Assembly: GCA_965232515.1 (NCBI GenBank)
Contig: CBDDPY010000002.1
Location: 2,432,001-2,496,000, forward strand
DNA: 64,000 nt
Reading direction: 5' to 3'
Source of the DNA: Alphaproteobacteria bacterium
Lineage (GTDB): Bacteria; Pseudomonadota; Alphaproteobacteria; GCA-2731375
The notes under the pieces are model-generated. The model did not search any database, was not told the DNA's origin, and was given only the letters and a program-made list of their open reading frames with translations. Made by a program: the position numbers and the translations under genes. Below are positions 8,213 to 18,993 of the stretch, piece after piece. The first letter of the stretch is position 1; each line of letters begins with the position of its first letter.

Positions 8213-9907
8213 TCACTCCGCGGCACCCTTCGCCGCCTCGTATTTCTCCATTTCCTCGGCCACCAGCTCCTTCTTCGACAGCTTGCCGATCATGGTCTTC
8301 GGCAATTCGTCGCGGAATTCGATGTGCTTCGGCATCTCGTGCTTGCCGAGCTTGCTCTTCAGGAATTCCTTCAGCTTCTCCTCGTCGATCTCCTGGGCGT
8401 CCTTCAGCTTGACGAAGGCCTTGACCGCCTGGCCGGTATAGTCGTCGGGGATGCCGATCACCGTCACCTCGTCGACGGCCGGATGCTCGTAGATCGATTC
8501 CTCGACATGGCGCGGAAAGACGTTGAAGCCACCGACCAGGACCAGGTCCTTCATGCGGTCGATGATGAAGGTATAGCCGTCGTCGTCCATATAGCCGACG
8601 TCGCCCGTGCGCAGCCGGCCGTCGAGCAGCACCTGCGCCGTCTCCTCCTCGCGGCCCCAATAGCCCTTCATCACCTGCGGGCCCTGAATGCAGATCTCGC
8701 CGGATTCGCCCAGCGGCATCTCCTTATGCGGATCGTCCCGGTCATAGATGCTGATGACGGTGCGCGGCGACGGCTGGCCGATCGAGCCCGGCTTGTTAAC
8801 GCCGTTCAGCGGGTTCGAGCTGGCGACCGGCGAGGTTTCGGTCAGGCCGTAGCCTTCGAACACCTTGGCGCCGGTCATCTGCTCGAAGCGCTGCTTGACC
8901 TCGACCGGCAGCGGCGCGCCGCCCGACATGCAGGAATGGATCGACGACATATCGGTCGTGGTCGCCGCCGGATGGCTGGCCATCGCCGTGTACATGGTCG
9001 GCACGCCCGGCATCATCGTCGGCTTCTTCTGCGGGATCGCCTTCATCACGTCTTCCAGCACGAAGCGCGGATGCATGATGATCTCGCCGCCAATGTGCAG
9101 GGTGTAGTTCATCACCACGGTCATGGCGAAGACGTGGAAGAACGGCAGTACGCCCATCATCTTCTCTTCGCCCGGCCGCGCGCCGGGGAACCAGAGCGCC
9201 GCCTGATGGATGTTCGCCGACAGATTGCCGTGCGTCAGCATGGCACCCTTGGACACGCCGGTCGTGCCGCCGGTGTACTGCAGGACGGCGATGTCCTCGT
9301 CGACGTCGATCTCGACGGGCGCGATATCGCCCTCGTTGTTCATCAGCTCCTGGAACGAGACATGCTTGGCGTCGTTCGGCACCTTGGCGATCTCGCCGCG
9401 CTTGAAGATCGGAAACAGCAGGTTCTTGGGGAACGGCAGCACCTCCGACAGCGTGCCGACGACCAGTTTCTGCAGCCGGCTCTCGCGCAGCATGAGCTCC
9501 ATCTTCGGGTAGAGCGCCTTCAGGTGCAGCGTCACCATGATGTCGGTGTGGCTGTCCTCGATCTGGTGCAATAGCTGCTCTTCCGAATAGAGCGGGCTGA
9601 AATTGACCACCGTGCCGCCGGCCTTCAGCACGCCGTAGTAAGCCACGATGAACTGCGGGCAGTTCGGCAGGAACAGGCCGACCTTGACGCCCTTGGTGAC
9701 GCCCAGATCCTGGAAGCCCTTGGCGGCGCGGTCGATCATCCGGCCGATCTGCTGATAGGTGAATTTCTTGTCCAGGAAGTCGACGCACGGACGGTCGCCG
9801 AACTTGGCCACGGATTGGTCCATCAGTGCCGGCATCGGCCGCTTTTCGATCTCAGCGTGCCAGTCCACGCCCGGCGCATAGTTTTTCAGCCAGGGATAAT
9901 CGGCCAT
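8213..9907 (-). CDS. Long-chain fatty acid-CoA ligase (FadD/PimA-like)
   Basis: YPWLKNY, QYTGGTTGVSKGAMLTH, EGYGLTETSP, LPKTMIGK. Confidence 0.93.
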   Translation of the reverse strand: MADYPWLKNYAPGVDWHAEIEKRPMPALMDQSVAKFGDRPCVDFLDKKFTYQQIGRMIDRAAKGFQDLGVTKGVKVGLFLPNCPQFIVAYYGVLKAGGTVVNFSPLYSEEQLLHQIEDSHTDIMVTLHLKALYPKMELMLRESRLQKLVVGTLSEVLPFPKNLLFPIFKRGEIAKVPNDAKHVSFQELMNNEGDIAPVEIDVDEDIAVLQYTGGTTGVSKGAMLTHGNLSANIHQAALWFPGARPGEEKMMGVLPFFHVFAMTVVMNYTLHIGGEIIMHPRFVLEDVMKAIPQKKPTMMPGVPTMYTAMASHPAATTTDMSSIHSCMSGGAPLPVEVKQRFEQMTGAKVFEGYGLTETSPVASSNPLNGVNKPGSIGQPSPRTVISIYDRDDPHKEMPLGESGEICIQGPQVMKGYWGREEETAQVLLDGRLRTGDVGYMDDDGYTFIIDRMKDLVLVGGFNVFPRHVEESIYEHPAVDEVTVIGIPDDYTGQAVKAFVKLKDAQEIDEEKLKEFLKSKLGKHEMPKHIEFRDELPKTMIGKLSKKELVAEEMEKYEAAKGAAE

Positions 9908-10069
9908 ATCGCTTGTCTCCCTTTACGCGGCATCCGCGCAAATGCCCCATGGATTCGCTTGAACTCGATATAGCACTGATTTCGTTAATGACACACAGAT
10001 GACAGCAATCCGATCGCGATTGCCGCGTGTATCGATCAGCGTGGACCGCCGGATCTTGTCACCGTCTTC

Positions 10070-10153
10070 TGGATGCCCGGATCAAGTCCGGGCATGACGA
10101 ACGGGGCGAGCCTTCGCCAATTTCGTGTTTGCCGGGCTCGACCCGGCAATCCA
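10070..10153. repeat. Inverted pair of REP-like palindromes
   Basis: CTGGATGCCCGGATCAAGTCCGGGCATGACG followed by an inverted variant CGTGTTTGCCGGGCTCGACCCGGCAATCCAG, downstream of the SDR gene. Confidence 0.8.
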
Positions 10154-10178
10154 GACGCAACCTCCGGAACGCGTCGTC

Positions 10179-11003
<825 letters not shown>

Positions 11004-11007
11004 CGAA

Positions 11008-11805
11008 CTAGCGTCCCTTGAACTCGGGCTTACGCTTCTCGGCAAAGGCCGAGATGCCCTCGCGGAAATCCTCCGTCTCCACGTTCGAGGCGAAACACTC
11101 GGCCTCGAGCTGCAGCTGCGCCTCGTACTCGCGGTCGATCGAGCCGTGGATCAGCTTCTTGACGTTGCCGAGCGCGTGCGTCGGCCCGTTCGCGAGGCGG
11201 TTGGCGAGCTTGGCCGTCTCGGCCTCGAGCTGGTCGCGCGGCACCACGAAATTGACCATGCCGTGCTGCGCCGCCGTGGCGGCGTCCACATCGTCGCCCA
11301 GCATGGCGAACTCCATCGCCTTCTTGACGCCGACGATGCGCGGCAGGAAGTAGGTGCCGGTGCCGTCCGGGCTGGTGCCGATGCGCACATAGGCCATGGC
11401 GAAAATGGCGTCGTCGGAACAGATCACCAGGTCGCAGCCCAGCGCCAGGCTCATGCCGAAACCGGCGGCATAGCCCTGCACCGATGCGATCACCGGTTTC
11501 GGCATGCGGCGGAACGAGAACATGATTGGGTGCATCGCGTTGATGCCTTCCAGAAACCGCCGCCGCTTCTGGTGCGGGCTGTTGTCGCGGTCGGCGTAGA
11601 AGCCCTTGACGTCACCGCCGGCCATGAAGTGCTCGCCGGCGCCCTTCACCACGACACAGCGGATCTCGGGATCGAACTCGACCTGCGTGTTGATCTCCAA
11701 CAGCGCTTCCTTCATGTCGGCGTTCAACGCGTTCAGCGCCTTCGGCCGGTTCAGCGTGATCGTGGCAACGCCCCCGGCGACGTCCAGTACGGCGGTATCG
11801 TTCAT
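11008..11805 (-). CDS. Enoyl-CoA hydratase/isomerase (PaaG-like)
   Basis: ITLNRPKALNAL, FMAGGDV, AAGFGMSLALGCD, IGTSPDG, EDFREGISAFAEKRKP. Confidence 0.92.
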   Translation of the reverse strand: MNDTAVLDVAGGVATITLNRPKALNALNADMKEALLEINTQVEFDPEIRCVVVKGAGEHFMAGGDVKGFYADRDNSPHQKRRRFLEGINAMHPIMFSFRRMPKPVIASVQGYAAGFGMSLALGCDLVICSDDAIFAMAYVRIGTSPDGTGTYFLPRIVGVKKAMEFAMLGDDVDAATAAQHGMVNFVVPRDQLEAETAKLANRLANGPTHALGNVKKLIHGSIDREYEAQLQLEAECFASNVETEDFREGISAFAEKRKPEFKGR

Positions 11806-11836
11806 TGACGGCTTCCCCTTCTTGAATTCGTAGCGA

Positions 11837-12889
11837 TCAGGCGGCGTCGGCGGCTTCTTGCGTCCGCCGGTAGACGTAAACACCGTCGGCGTCGAGGCTG
11901 CGCACGACCCGGCCGCGACCGATCAGGCAATGCAGGTGCGCCAGCGATTCACCGACGCCCAGAAAGGCTTCGAATGGCTTCAGCCGGCGCCGGAACAGCA
12001 CCTTCAGCGTCGACAGCACCCGCGTTGGCTCGCTCAATGCCGCTTCCAGGGCGGCCAAGCGCTCGTCGTGGTGTGACTGCAGATAATCGAGCCGCGCCGG
12101 CAGCCCGTGGAACGGCTCGTTGTGCGCCGGCAGCACCAGCGTGTCGGCCGGCAGGTGCCGGTAATGCGCCAGGCTGTCGAGATATTCTTCCAGCGGATTG
12201 GCGTCCGGCTCCGACGGATAGACGCCGATATGCGGCGTGATCTTCGGCAGCACCTGATCGCCCGAGATCATCACCTGCAACTCGTCGCAGTAAAGACAGG
12301 CATGTTCCGGCGCGTGGCCATAGCCGACGATCACCCGCCAAGCCCGGCCGCCGATCTCGATCACCTCGGCATCGACGATGCGCCGGTGCGCGCCCGGAAT
12401 CTCCCAGACCGAGTTGCGGTAGTGGTTGTAGCCTCTGGCCCGCAGTTTCTCGACCGCGTCCGGCTTGAAGCCCAGCCGCCGGAAATGATCGAGATAGTAT
12501 TCCGGCGCCACGTCGGCGGCGTCGAGATAGAGCATGCGGCCGAACAGCCATTCGCGCCGCGTCGCCCAGAGCGGCGCCTGCCAGCGTTCGCACAGCCAGC
12601 CGGCAAGGCCCATATGGTCGGGGTGGAAATGCGTGCAGATGACCCGTTTGACCGGACGGCCGCCCAGATACCGGTCCAACACCTGCGCCCACAGGCCGCG
12701 GATCTTGTCCGTGTTCATGCCGGTATCGACGATGGTCCAGCCGTCGCCGTCGTCCAGCAGCCAGAGATTGATGTGGCTGAGCCCGGTCAGCTCAAGCGGC
12801 ATGCGCAGCCAGAGCACGCCCGGCGCGACCTCGATGGTTTCGGCCGGCTCAGGCACGCGGTCGAAGGGATAACGCAGTTGATCAGCCAA
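11837..12889 (-). CDS. MBL-fold metallo-hydrolase
   Basis: THFHPDHMG, GHAPEH, ISGDQVLPKIT, LPAHN; TTG start. Confidence 0.92.
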   Translation of the reverse strand: MADQLRYPFDRVPEPAETIEVAPGVLWLRMPLELTGLSHINLWLLDDGDGWTIVDTGMNTDKIRGLWAQVLDRYLGGRPVKRVICTHFHPDHMGLAGWLCERWQAPLWATRREWLFGRMLYLDAADVAPEYYLDHFRRLGFKPDAVEKLRARGYNHYRNSVWEIPGAHRRIVDAEVIEIGGRAWRVIVGYGHAPEHACLYCDELQVMISGDQVLPKITPHIGVYPSEPDANPLEEYLDSLAHYRHLPADTLVLPAHNEPFHGLPARLDYLQSHHDERLAALEAALSEPTRVLSTLKVLFRRRLKPFEAFLGVGESLAHLHCLIGRGRVVRSLDADGVYVYRRTQEAADAA

Positions 12890-12979
12890 TGACTCGGGCC
12901 TCGCTTGTCGCGGAATACGAAATTGCCGCGCAAGCGCACAGGGCTCCGGCGGCTTTCGACAGGAGTATAGACGTTCTAC

Positions 12980-13001
12980 TTGACGTTTACGTCAACGTCA
13001 A
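12980..13001. promoter_or_regulatory. LiuR-type (MerR family) operator TTGACGTTTACGTCAACGTCAA
   Basis: Near-palindromic 22-mer with repeated ACGT cores, like the LiuR consensus; on the minus strand it overlaps TTGACG-N20-TATACT upstream of the MBL/ECH/SDR genes. Confidence 0.7.
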
Positions 13002-13012
13002 CCTTGTGATCC

Positions 13013-14809
13013 TTAAGCCGACAGCCGCTCAGGCGCGATGGCGTAGAGCAGGTCGGCGCCGGCGGTCACCGCCGGCAATTGCGATACCGCCTGCGGCATC
13101 AGTTGTTCGGCAAAAAAGCGGGCCGTGGCGATCTTGTCGGTGAGGAAGGCATTGTCGCCCCCGCCCGCCGCCAGCATCGATTTCGCCGCCAGCGCGCCCT
13201 TGGCCAGCAGGTAGCCGCCGGCGGTCAGGCCGAACATCTTCATGAAGGGCGAGCAGCCGGCCGCCGCGCCGTTCGGATCGTCGGCCATGGTCGTCAGCAA
13301 CCATTGGCTCGCCTGCTCCAGCGCATCGACCGTCGCGGTCAGGTTCGTGCGGATCGCCGCGAAGTCGTCGCCGGCATCCGCCAGCGGCGCGTCGAGCCCG
13401 CGCATCTCGGCGACGTAGCCCGCGATCAGCTCGCCGCCCTGCATCGGCAGCTTGCGCATCACCAGGTCCATGGCCTGGATGCCGTTGGTGCCCTCGTAAA
13501 TCGGCGCGATGCGCGCGTCCCGCATGTGCTGGGCGGCGCCCGTCTCCTCGATGAAGCCCATGCCGCCATGCACCTGCACGCCGATCGAGGCGACCTCGCA
13601 GCCGATATCCGTGCACCAGCCCTTGACCACCGGCGTCAGCAATTCGGCCATGCCGCCGAACCGCGCCCGGCCGTCTTCGTCGGCGTGATGGCGCGACAGG
13701 TCGATGGCCTCGGCGTTGACGTAACAGAGCGCCCGCGTCGCCTCGGTATAGGCCTTCATGGTCATCAGCATGCGGCGCACGTCGGCATGCGCGACGATGC
13801 CGGCATCGGCGTCGGCGCCGTTCAGCGGCCGGCCCTGCTTGCGGTCCAGCGCGTAGGCCACGGCCTGCTGATAGGCCCGCTCGGCGATGGCCAGGCCCTG
13901 GATGCCGACGGCGAGCCGCGCCGTGTTCATCATCGTGAACATGCAGCGCATGCCCTGGTTCTCGGCCCCCAGCATGTAGCCGATGGCGCCGCCGTTATCG
14001 CCGTAGGACATCACCGCCGTTGGGCTGGCGTGAATGCCGAGCTTGTGCTCCAGCGAGACGCAGCGCAAGTCGTTGCGCTGGCCCAGGCCGCCGTCGCCGT
14101 TGGGCAGGAGTTTCGGCACGATGAACAGCGAGATGCCCTTGGTGCCGGGCGGGCTGCCGGGCGTGCGGGCCAGCACCAGATGCACGATGTTGTCCGAGAA
14201 ATCGTGCTCGCCGTAGGTGATGAAGATCTTCGTGCCGGTGATCTTCCAGGTGCCGTCGCCGACCGGCTCGGCCTTGCTGCGCAGCGCGCCGACATCCGAG
14301 CCCGCCTGCGGCTCGGTCAGGTTCATGGTCCCGGTCCACTCGCCCGAGATCAGCTTCGGCAGGTAATAGTCCTTCTGCTCGTCCGTGCCGTGGGCGTGGA
14401 TCGCCTCGACGGCGCCCTGGTTCAACAGCGGGCAGAGCGCGAAGCCCATATTGGCCGAGTTCCACATTTCGATGCAGGCGGCGCCGACGAGCCAGGGCAG
14501 GCCCATGCCGCCATAGTCCGGATCGAACGGTACGCTGTTCCAGCCGCCGTCGCGGTATTCGGCGTAGGCCTCCTTGAAGCCGTCGGGCGTGCGCACGACG
14601 CCGTTCTCCAGCAGCGAGCCCTGCTGATCGCCGCTATGGTTGAGCGGCGCCAGCACGCCGCCGGCGAGCTTCCCCGCCTCTTCCAGCGCCTGCGAGACGA
14701 CCTCCGGATCGGCGGCGTCCAGGCCTTCCAGCGCGGACAGGCCCTTCAGATCGGTGATCTGGTTCAGCGTGAATTCGATATCGTTCAGCGGTGCCGTATA
14801 GGCGGTCAT
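13013..14809 (-). CDS. Long acyl-CoA dehydrogenase (DmdC/FadE5-like)
   Basis: WTGTMNLTEPQAGSDVG, ITGTKIFITYGEHD, LEHKLGIHASPT, QVHGGMGFIEE, IYEGTNGIQAMDL. Confidence 0.93.
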   Translation of the reverse strand: MTAYTAPLNDIEFTLNQITDLKGLSALEGLDAADPEVVSQALEEAGKLAGGVLAPLNHSGDQQGSLLENGVVRTPDGFKEAYAEYRDGGWNSVPFDPDYGGMGLPWLVGAACIEMWNSANMGFALCPLLNQGAVEAIHAHGTDEQKDYYLPKLISGEWTGTMNLTEPQAGSDVGALRSKAEPVGDGTWKITGTKIFITYGEHDFSDNIVHLVLARTPGSPPGTKGISLFIVPKLLPNGDGGLGQRNDLRCVSLEHKLGIHASPTAVMSYGDNGGAIGYMLGAENQGMRCMFTMMNTARLAVGIQGLAIAERAYQQAVAYALDRKQGRPLNGADADAGIVAHADVRRMLMTMKAYTEATRALCYVNAEAIDLSRHHADEDGRARFGGMAELLTPVVKGWCTDIGCEVASIGVQVHGGMGFIEETGAAQHMRDARIAPIYEGTNGIQAMDLVMRKLPMQGGELIAGYVAEMRGLDAPLADAGDDFAAIRTNLTATVDALEQASQWLLTTMADDPNGAAAGCSPFMKMFGLTAGGYLLAKGALAAKSMLAAGGGDNAFLTDKIATARFFAEQLMPQAVSQLPAVTAGADLLYAIAPERLSA

Positions 14810-14916
14810 CGGCCAACCTCCCTCCAGGTCGCGGGCACGCCTCGCTGCGCCGCGGCTCTTAACTCTTGCAGGTAATATGCTATGCAGGACAAGTGGTGCA
14901 AACCCGGAACGAGGCA

Positions 14917-15714
14917 ATGCCGATGAACAGCGCAACGGGCGGACATCTCAACCCCGGCCAGCGGCTGCCCGACTGGACGACGGATGTCAGCGCCGAGACC
15001 CAGCTGCGCTGCCTGACCGCGGCCCAGGTCGATCCCGCGCCCTATGGCGACGTCGTCGACATGACGCTGCTCGGCAACGAATGCTACCGGGCGCTGACGG
15101 CCGCAGGCATATCGTTCGAAGGCTGGGTGCAGTTGGAGCAGCACTTCGAGCAGCACCGGCAGGTCCGCCTCGGCGAAAGCCTCGAGGTCAAGACCGAGGT
15201 CACGGCAGTTGATCCGCACGCCCGCGGCATGTCGACTCATCTCGTGTTCGACTTCTCGAGCGGCGGTGATGTAGCGCTGCGCGCCGAAATCATCGCGCTG
15301 CTGCCTGATGCCCCATTGAGCGGTCCGGCCGAGCAATCGCCGTCGAGCTCGACGTCCATGACGGGCTTCGAGAAGATCGCCACCAAGCAGCTCACGCCGG
15401 ACGCGGTGAAGGCCTATTCCGGCTACGTCGGCAACGCCATTCACGTCGACCCGAAGGCCGCACTGGCGAGCGGCTTCCGCGCGCCGGTGGCCCAGGGCAT
15501 GATGACCAACACCTTCATGACCGGCATCCTCTGCCACCGCCAGCCGCCGCAGACCGCGACCATGCGCACGCGCTTCCTGCGGCCCGTGTTCTGGGACGAG
15601 GCCGTCGACGTGTTCGGCCGGCGCGAGGGCGACGGCGGCCTGGTCGCGCTGCGCTGTCTCAATGCCGACGGCAAGCTGGTCACCGAAGGCCACGTGCTGG
15701 ACCTCAAGTATTGA
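14917..15714 (+). CDS. Double-hotdog (MaoC-like) protein 1
   Basis: C-terminal AYSGYVGNAIHVDPKAALASGFRAPVAQG and RFLRPVFWD; N-terminal hotdog-like half. Confidence 0.75.
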   Translation: MPMNSATGGHLNPGQRLPDWTTDVSAETQLRCLTAAQVDPAPYGDVVDMTLLGNECYRALTAAGISFEGWVQLEQHFEQHRQVRLGESLEVKTEVTAVDPHARGMSTHLVFDFSSGGDVALRAEIIALLPDAPLSGPAEQSPSSSTSMTGFEKIATKQLTPDAVKAYSGYVGNAIHVDPKAALASGFRAPVAQGMMTNTFMTGILCHRQPPQTATMRTRFLRPVFWDEAVDVFGRREGDGGLVALRCLNADGKLVTEGHVLDLKY

Positions 15715-15730
15715 GCCGTCCGCGCCCGAG

Positions 15731-16540
15731 ATGAGCTACATCCCCGAACCGGACGGCGACCTCAGCGCCTGGGACGACATCCCGGCCGGTTATCGCTTCC
15801 CGGATTTCCAGGTCACGGTCGATCGCGCCCGCCAGAACGCCTATCACCGCGCCACCGACGTCGACACCAACCGCTTCGGCGACCGCGCCGATGTCAGCAT
15901 CTTCGCCCAGGACACGTCGATCGCCGCCGGCCGCGCCGGCCTGCCGAAGGACGGCCGCATCCACACCCGTCACCGCATCCGGCAGACTGCGCCGATCGCC
16001 ATCGGCGACATGCTGACGCTGCGGGGCCGGGTCGAGCCGTTCGGCCAGTCGCTGCGCGGCCGTGTGCTGCATTGCGCCTTCGACTTCGTCGCCGCCGACG
16101 GCAGCCGGCCGCTGACGATGCGGGCCGAATATCTGCTGCCTGCCACCAAGGTGGATCGGAAAGCCACGCCGCGCCCGATCGCTGTCGAGGACCCGCGCGC
16201 CGGCTTCACCACCGTTGGCGCTTGTCAGCTGACGTCCGACAAGGTCGCGGCCTATTCGCGCGAGGTTGGCAACCGTATCCACTTCGATTTGAGCTTCGCG
16301 GCCGAACGCGGCTTTCGCGCACCGCTGGCGCAGGGCCTTATGCAGGTGACGGCCGTCATGGGCGTCATCGCCGAAACCGGCGCACCGTCGTCCCTCGACC
16401 TGGAACTGCAGTTCCGCCGGCCGCTGTTCTGGGACGATCGTTTCGAGGTCCTGGCCGATGCCGAACGACGGCTGTTCCGCTGCATCGGACCGTCGGGCAA
16501 GCCGAGCGGCGAAGCCGTCCTCCGGCACATCGAGCAGTGA
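15731..16540 (+). CDS. Double-hotdog (MaoC-like) protein 2, paralogue of the preceding gene
   Basis: AYSREVGNRIHFDLSFAAERGFRAPLAQG and QFRRPLFWD. Confidence 0.75.
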   Translation: MSYIPEPDGDLSAWDDIPAGYRFPDFQVTVDRARQNAYHRATDVDTNRFGDRADVSIFAQDTSIAAGRAGLPKDGRIHTRHRIRQTAPIAIGDMLTLRGRVEPFGQSLRGRVLHCAFDFVAADGSRPLTMRAEYLLPATKVDRKATPRPIAVEDPRAGFTTVGACQLTSDKVAAYSREVGNRIHFDLSFAAERGFRAPLAQGLMQVTAVMGVIAETGAPSSLDLELQFRRPLFWDDRFEVLADAERRLFRCIGPSGKPSGEAVLRHIEQ

Positions 16541-17481
16541 CCGTCGCTGCCGCCACCGAGGCCGCCGTCGCCGAGGCGGCGCGTCTGTTGCGCGCGGGCG
16601 AACTGGTCGCCTTTCCGACCGAAACCGTCTACGGCCTCGGCGCCGACGCCACCAACGACCCCGCCGTCGCCGGTATCTTCGCGGCCAAGAACCGGCCTGA
16701 CTTCAACCCGCTGATCGTGCACCTGGCCGATGCGAACGACGTCGACCGACACGCGATCTGGACCGAGCCGGCGCGCCGCCTGGCCGATGCCTTCTGGCCG
16801 GGCGCGCTGACCCTCGTGCTCCCGCGCTTGCCCGATTGCCGACTGTCGCTGCTGGTCAGCGCCGGCCTCGACACCGTCGCGCTCCGGGTGCCGGCCCATG
16901 ACGTCGCCCGCCGGCTGCTGCGCGCGACCGGCCGGCCGGTCGCCGGCCCCAGCGCCAACCCGTCGGGGCGGATCAGCTCGACCACGGCCCAGCACGTCGC
17001 CGAGGGGCTCGGCGATAGGGTGGCGATGATCCTCGACGCCGGCCCCTGCCCGCTCGGCCTCGAGAGCACGGTGGTCGGCTTCGATGGCGACAAGCCGCTG
17101 CTGCTCAGACCCGGCGGCGTCACGGCGGAAGAGATCGAGGCCGTCGTCGGCCCGCTCGGCGGCCCGGCCCCGGCCGACCGGCCCAACGCGCCCGGCCAGC
17201 TCGCCAGCCACTACGCCCCGACCGCGCCGGTCCGGCTCGACGCCCGGCAGGCAGACCAGGGCGAACTCCTGCTCGGCTTCGGTCCGGACGCGCCCGCCGC
17301 GACCGCGCTGAACCTCAGCACTAAGGGCGATCTGCGGGAGGCCGCGGCAAATCTGTTCGCCATGCTGCGACAATTGGATGCCCAACGGCCGGCCGGCATC
17401 GCCGTGATGACGATCCCTGAAACCGGCCTCGGCCGGGCCATCAACGACCGCCTGCGCCGCGCCGCTGCACCCCTGCTATGA
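16537..17481 (+). CDS. sua5: L-threonylcarbamoyladenylate synthase (Sua5)
   Basis: VAFPTETVYGLGADA, KNRPDFNPLIVH, PSANPSG, GLESTVV, APGQLASHYAP, AINDRLRRAA; GTGA overlap with the upstream gene. Confidence 0.95.
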   Translation: MTVAAATEAAVAEAARLLRAGELVAFPTETVYGLGADATNDPAVAGIFAAKNRPDFNPLIVHLADANDVDRHAIWTEPARRLADAFWPGALTLVLPRLPDCRLSLLVSAGLDTVALRVPAHDVARRLLRATGRPVAGPSANPSGRISSTTAQHVAEGLGDRVAMILDAGPCPLGLESTVVGFDGDKPLLLRPGGVTAEEIEAVVGPLGGPAPADRPNAPGQLASHYAPTAPVRLDARQADQGELLLGFGPDAPAATALNLSTKGDLREAAANLFAMLRQLDAQRPAGIAVMTIPETGLGRAINDRLRRAAAPLL

Positions 17482-17528
17482 CGCCAGCGCGGCTTGTTCA
17501 CTCCAGCAAAAGCGAATACATCTGACGG

Positions 17529-18965
17529 ATGAATTTGCCCGCCCGCCACAGCCCTATTCCGGCTGACGTCCTGGAGCGTATCAAGGATGCCGTCGGACCG
17601 AAGGGCTATCTGAGCGACCCCGACGAGATCGCGCCGCTGACCCGGTCCTGGCGCGACAACTGGCAGGGTTGGGTGCCATTGGTGGTGCGGCCGGCCAGCA
17701 CCGAGGAAGTCGCCGAGGTCGTACGGATCTGCGCCGAGACCGGCACGCCGATCGTGCCCCAGGGCGGCAACACGGGTTTGACCGGGGCCAGCCAGCCGCA
17801 TGACGACGGCAGTGAGATCATTCTCTCGACCTCGCGCCTGAACCGCGTCCGCGACATCGATCTGGGCAATGACACCATGACGGTCGAGGCCGGCTGCATC
17901 CTCGCCGACCTGCAGGCCGCCGCCCGCGACGTCAACCGGCTGCTGCCGCTCAGCCTCGCCGCCGAGGGTTCGTGCCAGATCGGCGGCAATCTGGCGACCA
18001 ACGCCGGCGGCACCCAGGTGCTGCGCTACGGCAACGCGCGGGCCCTGGCGTTGGGCCTGGAAGTGGTGCTGCCGGACGGCCGCATCTGGGACGGCCTGCG
18101 TGGCCTGCGCAAGGACAATACCGGGTACGACCTGAAGCAGCTCTTCATCGGCGCCGAAGGCACGCTCGGCATCATCACGGCGGCCGTGCTGAAGCTCTAT
18201 CCGCTGCCGACCGACGTGCAAACGGCCCTCGTTGCCGTGCCCGATCCGGCGGCGGCGGTGAAGCTGTTGTCCCATGCCCGCGACGCGGTCGGCGACCAGG
18301 TCACCGGCTTCGAGCTGATCCAGCGCATCTGCATCGATATCGGCGTCGCCCATGTGCCGGGCGTCATCGATCCCTTCCCCTCGCCGCATCCATGGTACGT
18401 GCTGATCGAGGTGACCGGCCAGGGCGCGCCTGGCGGGCTGCGCGAGCCGGTCGAGGATTTCCTCGCCAGCGCGGCGGAGACCGGTCAGGTGCTGGACGCC
18501 GTCGTCGCCACGTCGGCGGCGCAGTCGCAGGCGCTCTGGCACATCCGCGAATCCATCCCCGAGGCGCAGAACCACGAGGGCGCCGGCATCAAGCACGACG
18601 TCTCGGTGCCGGTCAGCCGCATGCCCGATTTCATCGCCCGCGCCGACGCGGCGCTGGCCGCCGCCTATCCCGGCATCCGACCGCTGTCGTTCGGCCATAT
18701 CGGCGACGGCAACATGCACTACAATCCCGCCCAGCCCAGGGATTGGGACGGCGCGGCCTTCGCCGCCGAGCGCGAGAACATCAACCGCATCGTGCATGAC
18801 ATCGTCGCCGAGATGAACGGCTCGATCAGTGCCGAGCACGGCCTCGGCCGGCTGCGTCGCGAGGAAGTGCTGCGCTACAAGTCCGATGTCGAGATGGACC
18901 TGATGCGCGCGGTCAAGCGGGCTTTCGACCCCGACGACATCATGAACCCCGGCAAGGTTGTCTGA
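17529..18965 (+). CDS. FAD-binding oxidoreductase (D-2-hydroxyacid dehydrogenase-like)
   Basis: VPQGGNTGL, SCQIGGNLATNAGG, LRKDNTGYDLKQLFIGAEGTLG, GHIGDGNMH, SISAEHG. Confidence 0.93.
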   Translation: MNLPARHSPIPADVLERIKDAVGPKGYLSDPDEIAPLTRSWRDNWQGWVPLVVRPASTEEVAEVVRICAETGTPIVPQGGNTGLTGASQPHDDGSEIILSTSRLNRVRDIDLGNDTMTVEAGCILADLQAAARDVNRLLPLSLAAEGSCQIGGNLATNAGGTQVLRYGNARALALGLEVVLPDGRIWDGLRGLRKDNTGYDLKQLFIGAEGTLGIITAAVLKLYPLPTDVQTALVAVPDPAAAVKLLSHARDAVGDQVTGFELIQRICIDIGVAHVPGVIDPFPSPHPWYVLIEVTGQGAPGGLREPVEDFLASAAETGQVLDAVVATSAAQSQALWHIRESIPEAQNHEGAGIKHDVSVPVSRMPDFIARADAALAAAYPGIRPLSFGHIGDGNMHYNPAQPRDWDGAAFAAERENINRIVHDIVAEMNGSISAEHGLGRLRREEVLRYKSDVEMDLMRAVKRAFDPDDIMNPGKVV

Positions 18966-18993
18966 TGGCCGCCGCCGGGCGCCCCGACCAACG

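Noticed and set aside
9985-10010. Possible TetR/FadR operator upstream of the fatty acid-CoA ligase (AATGACACACAGATGACAG)
   Set aside because: The symmetry is too imperfect to support a call.
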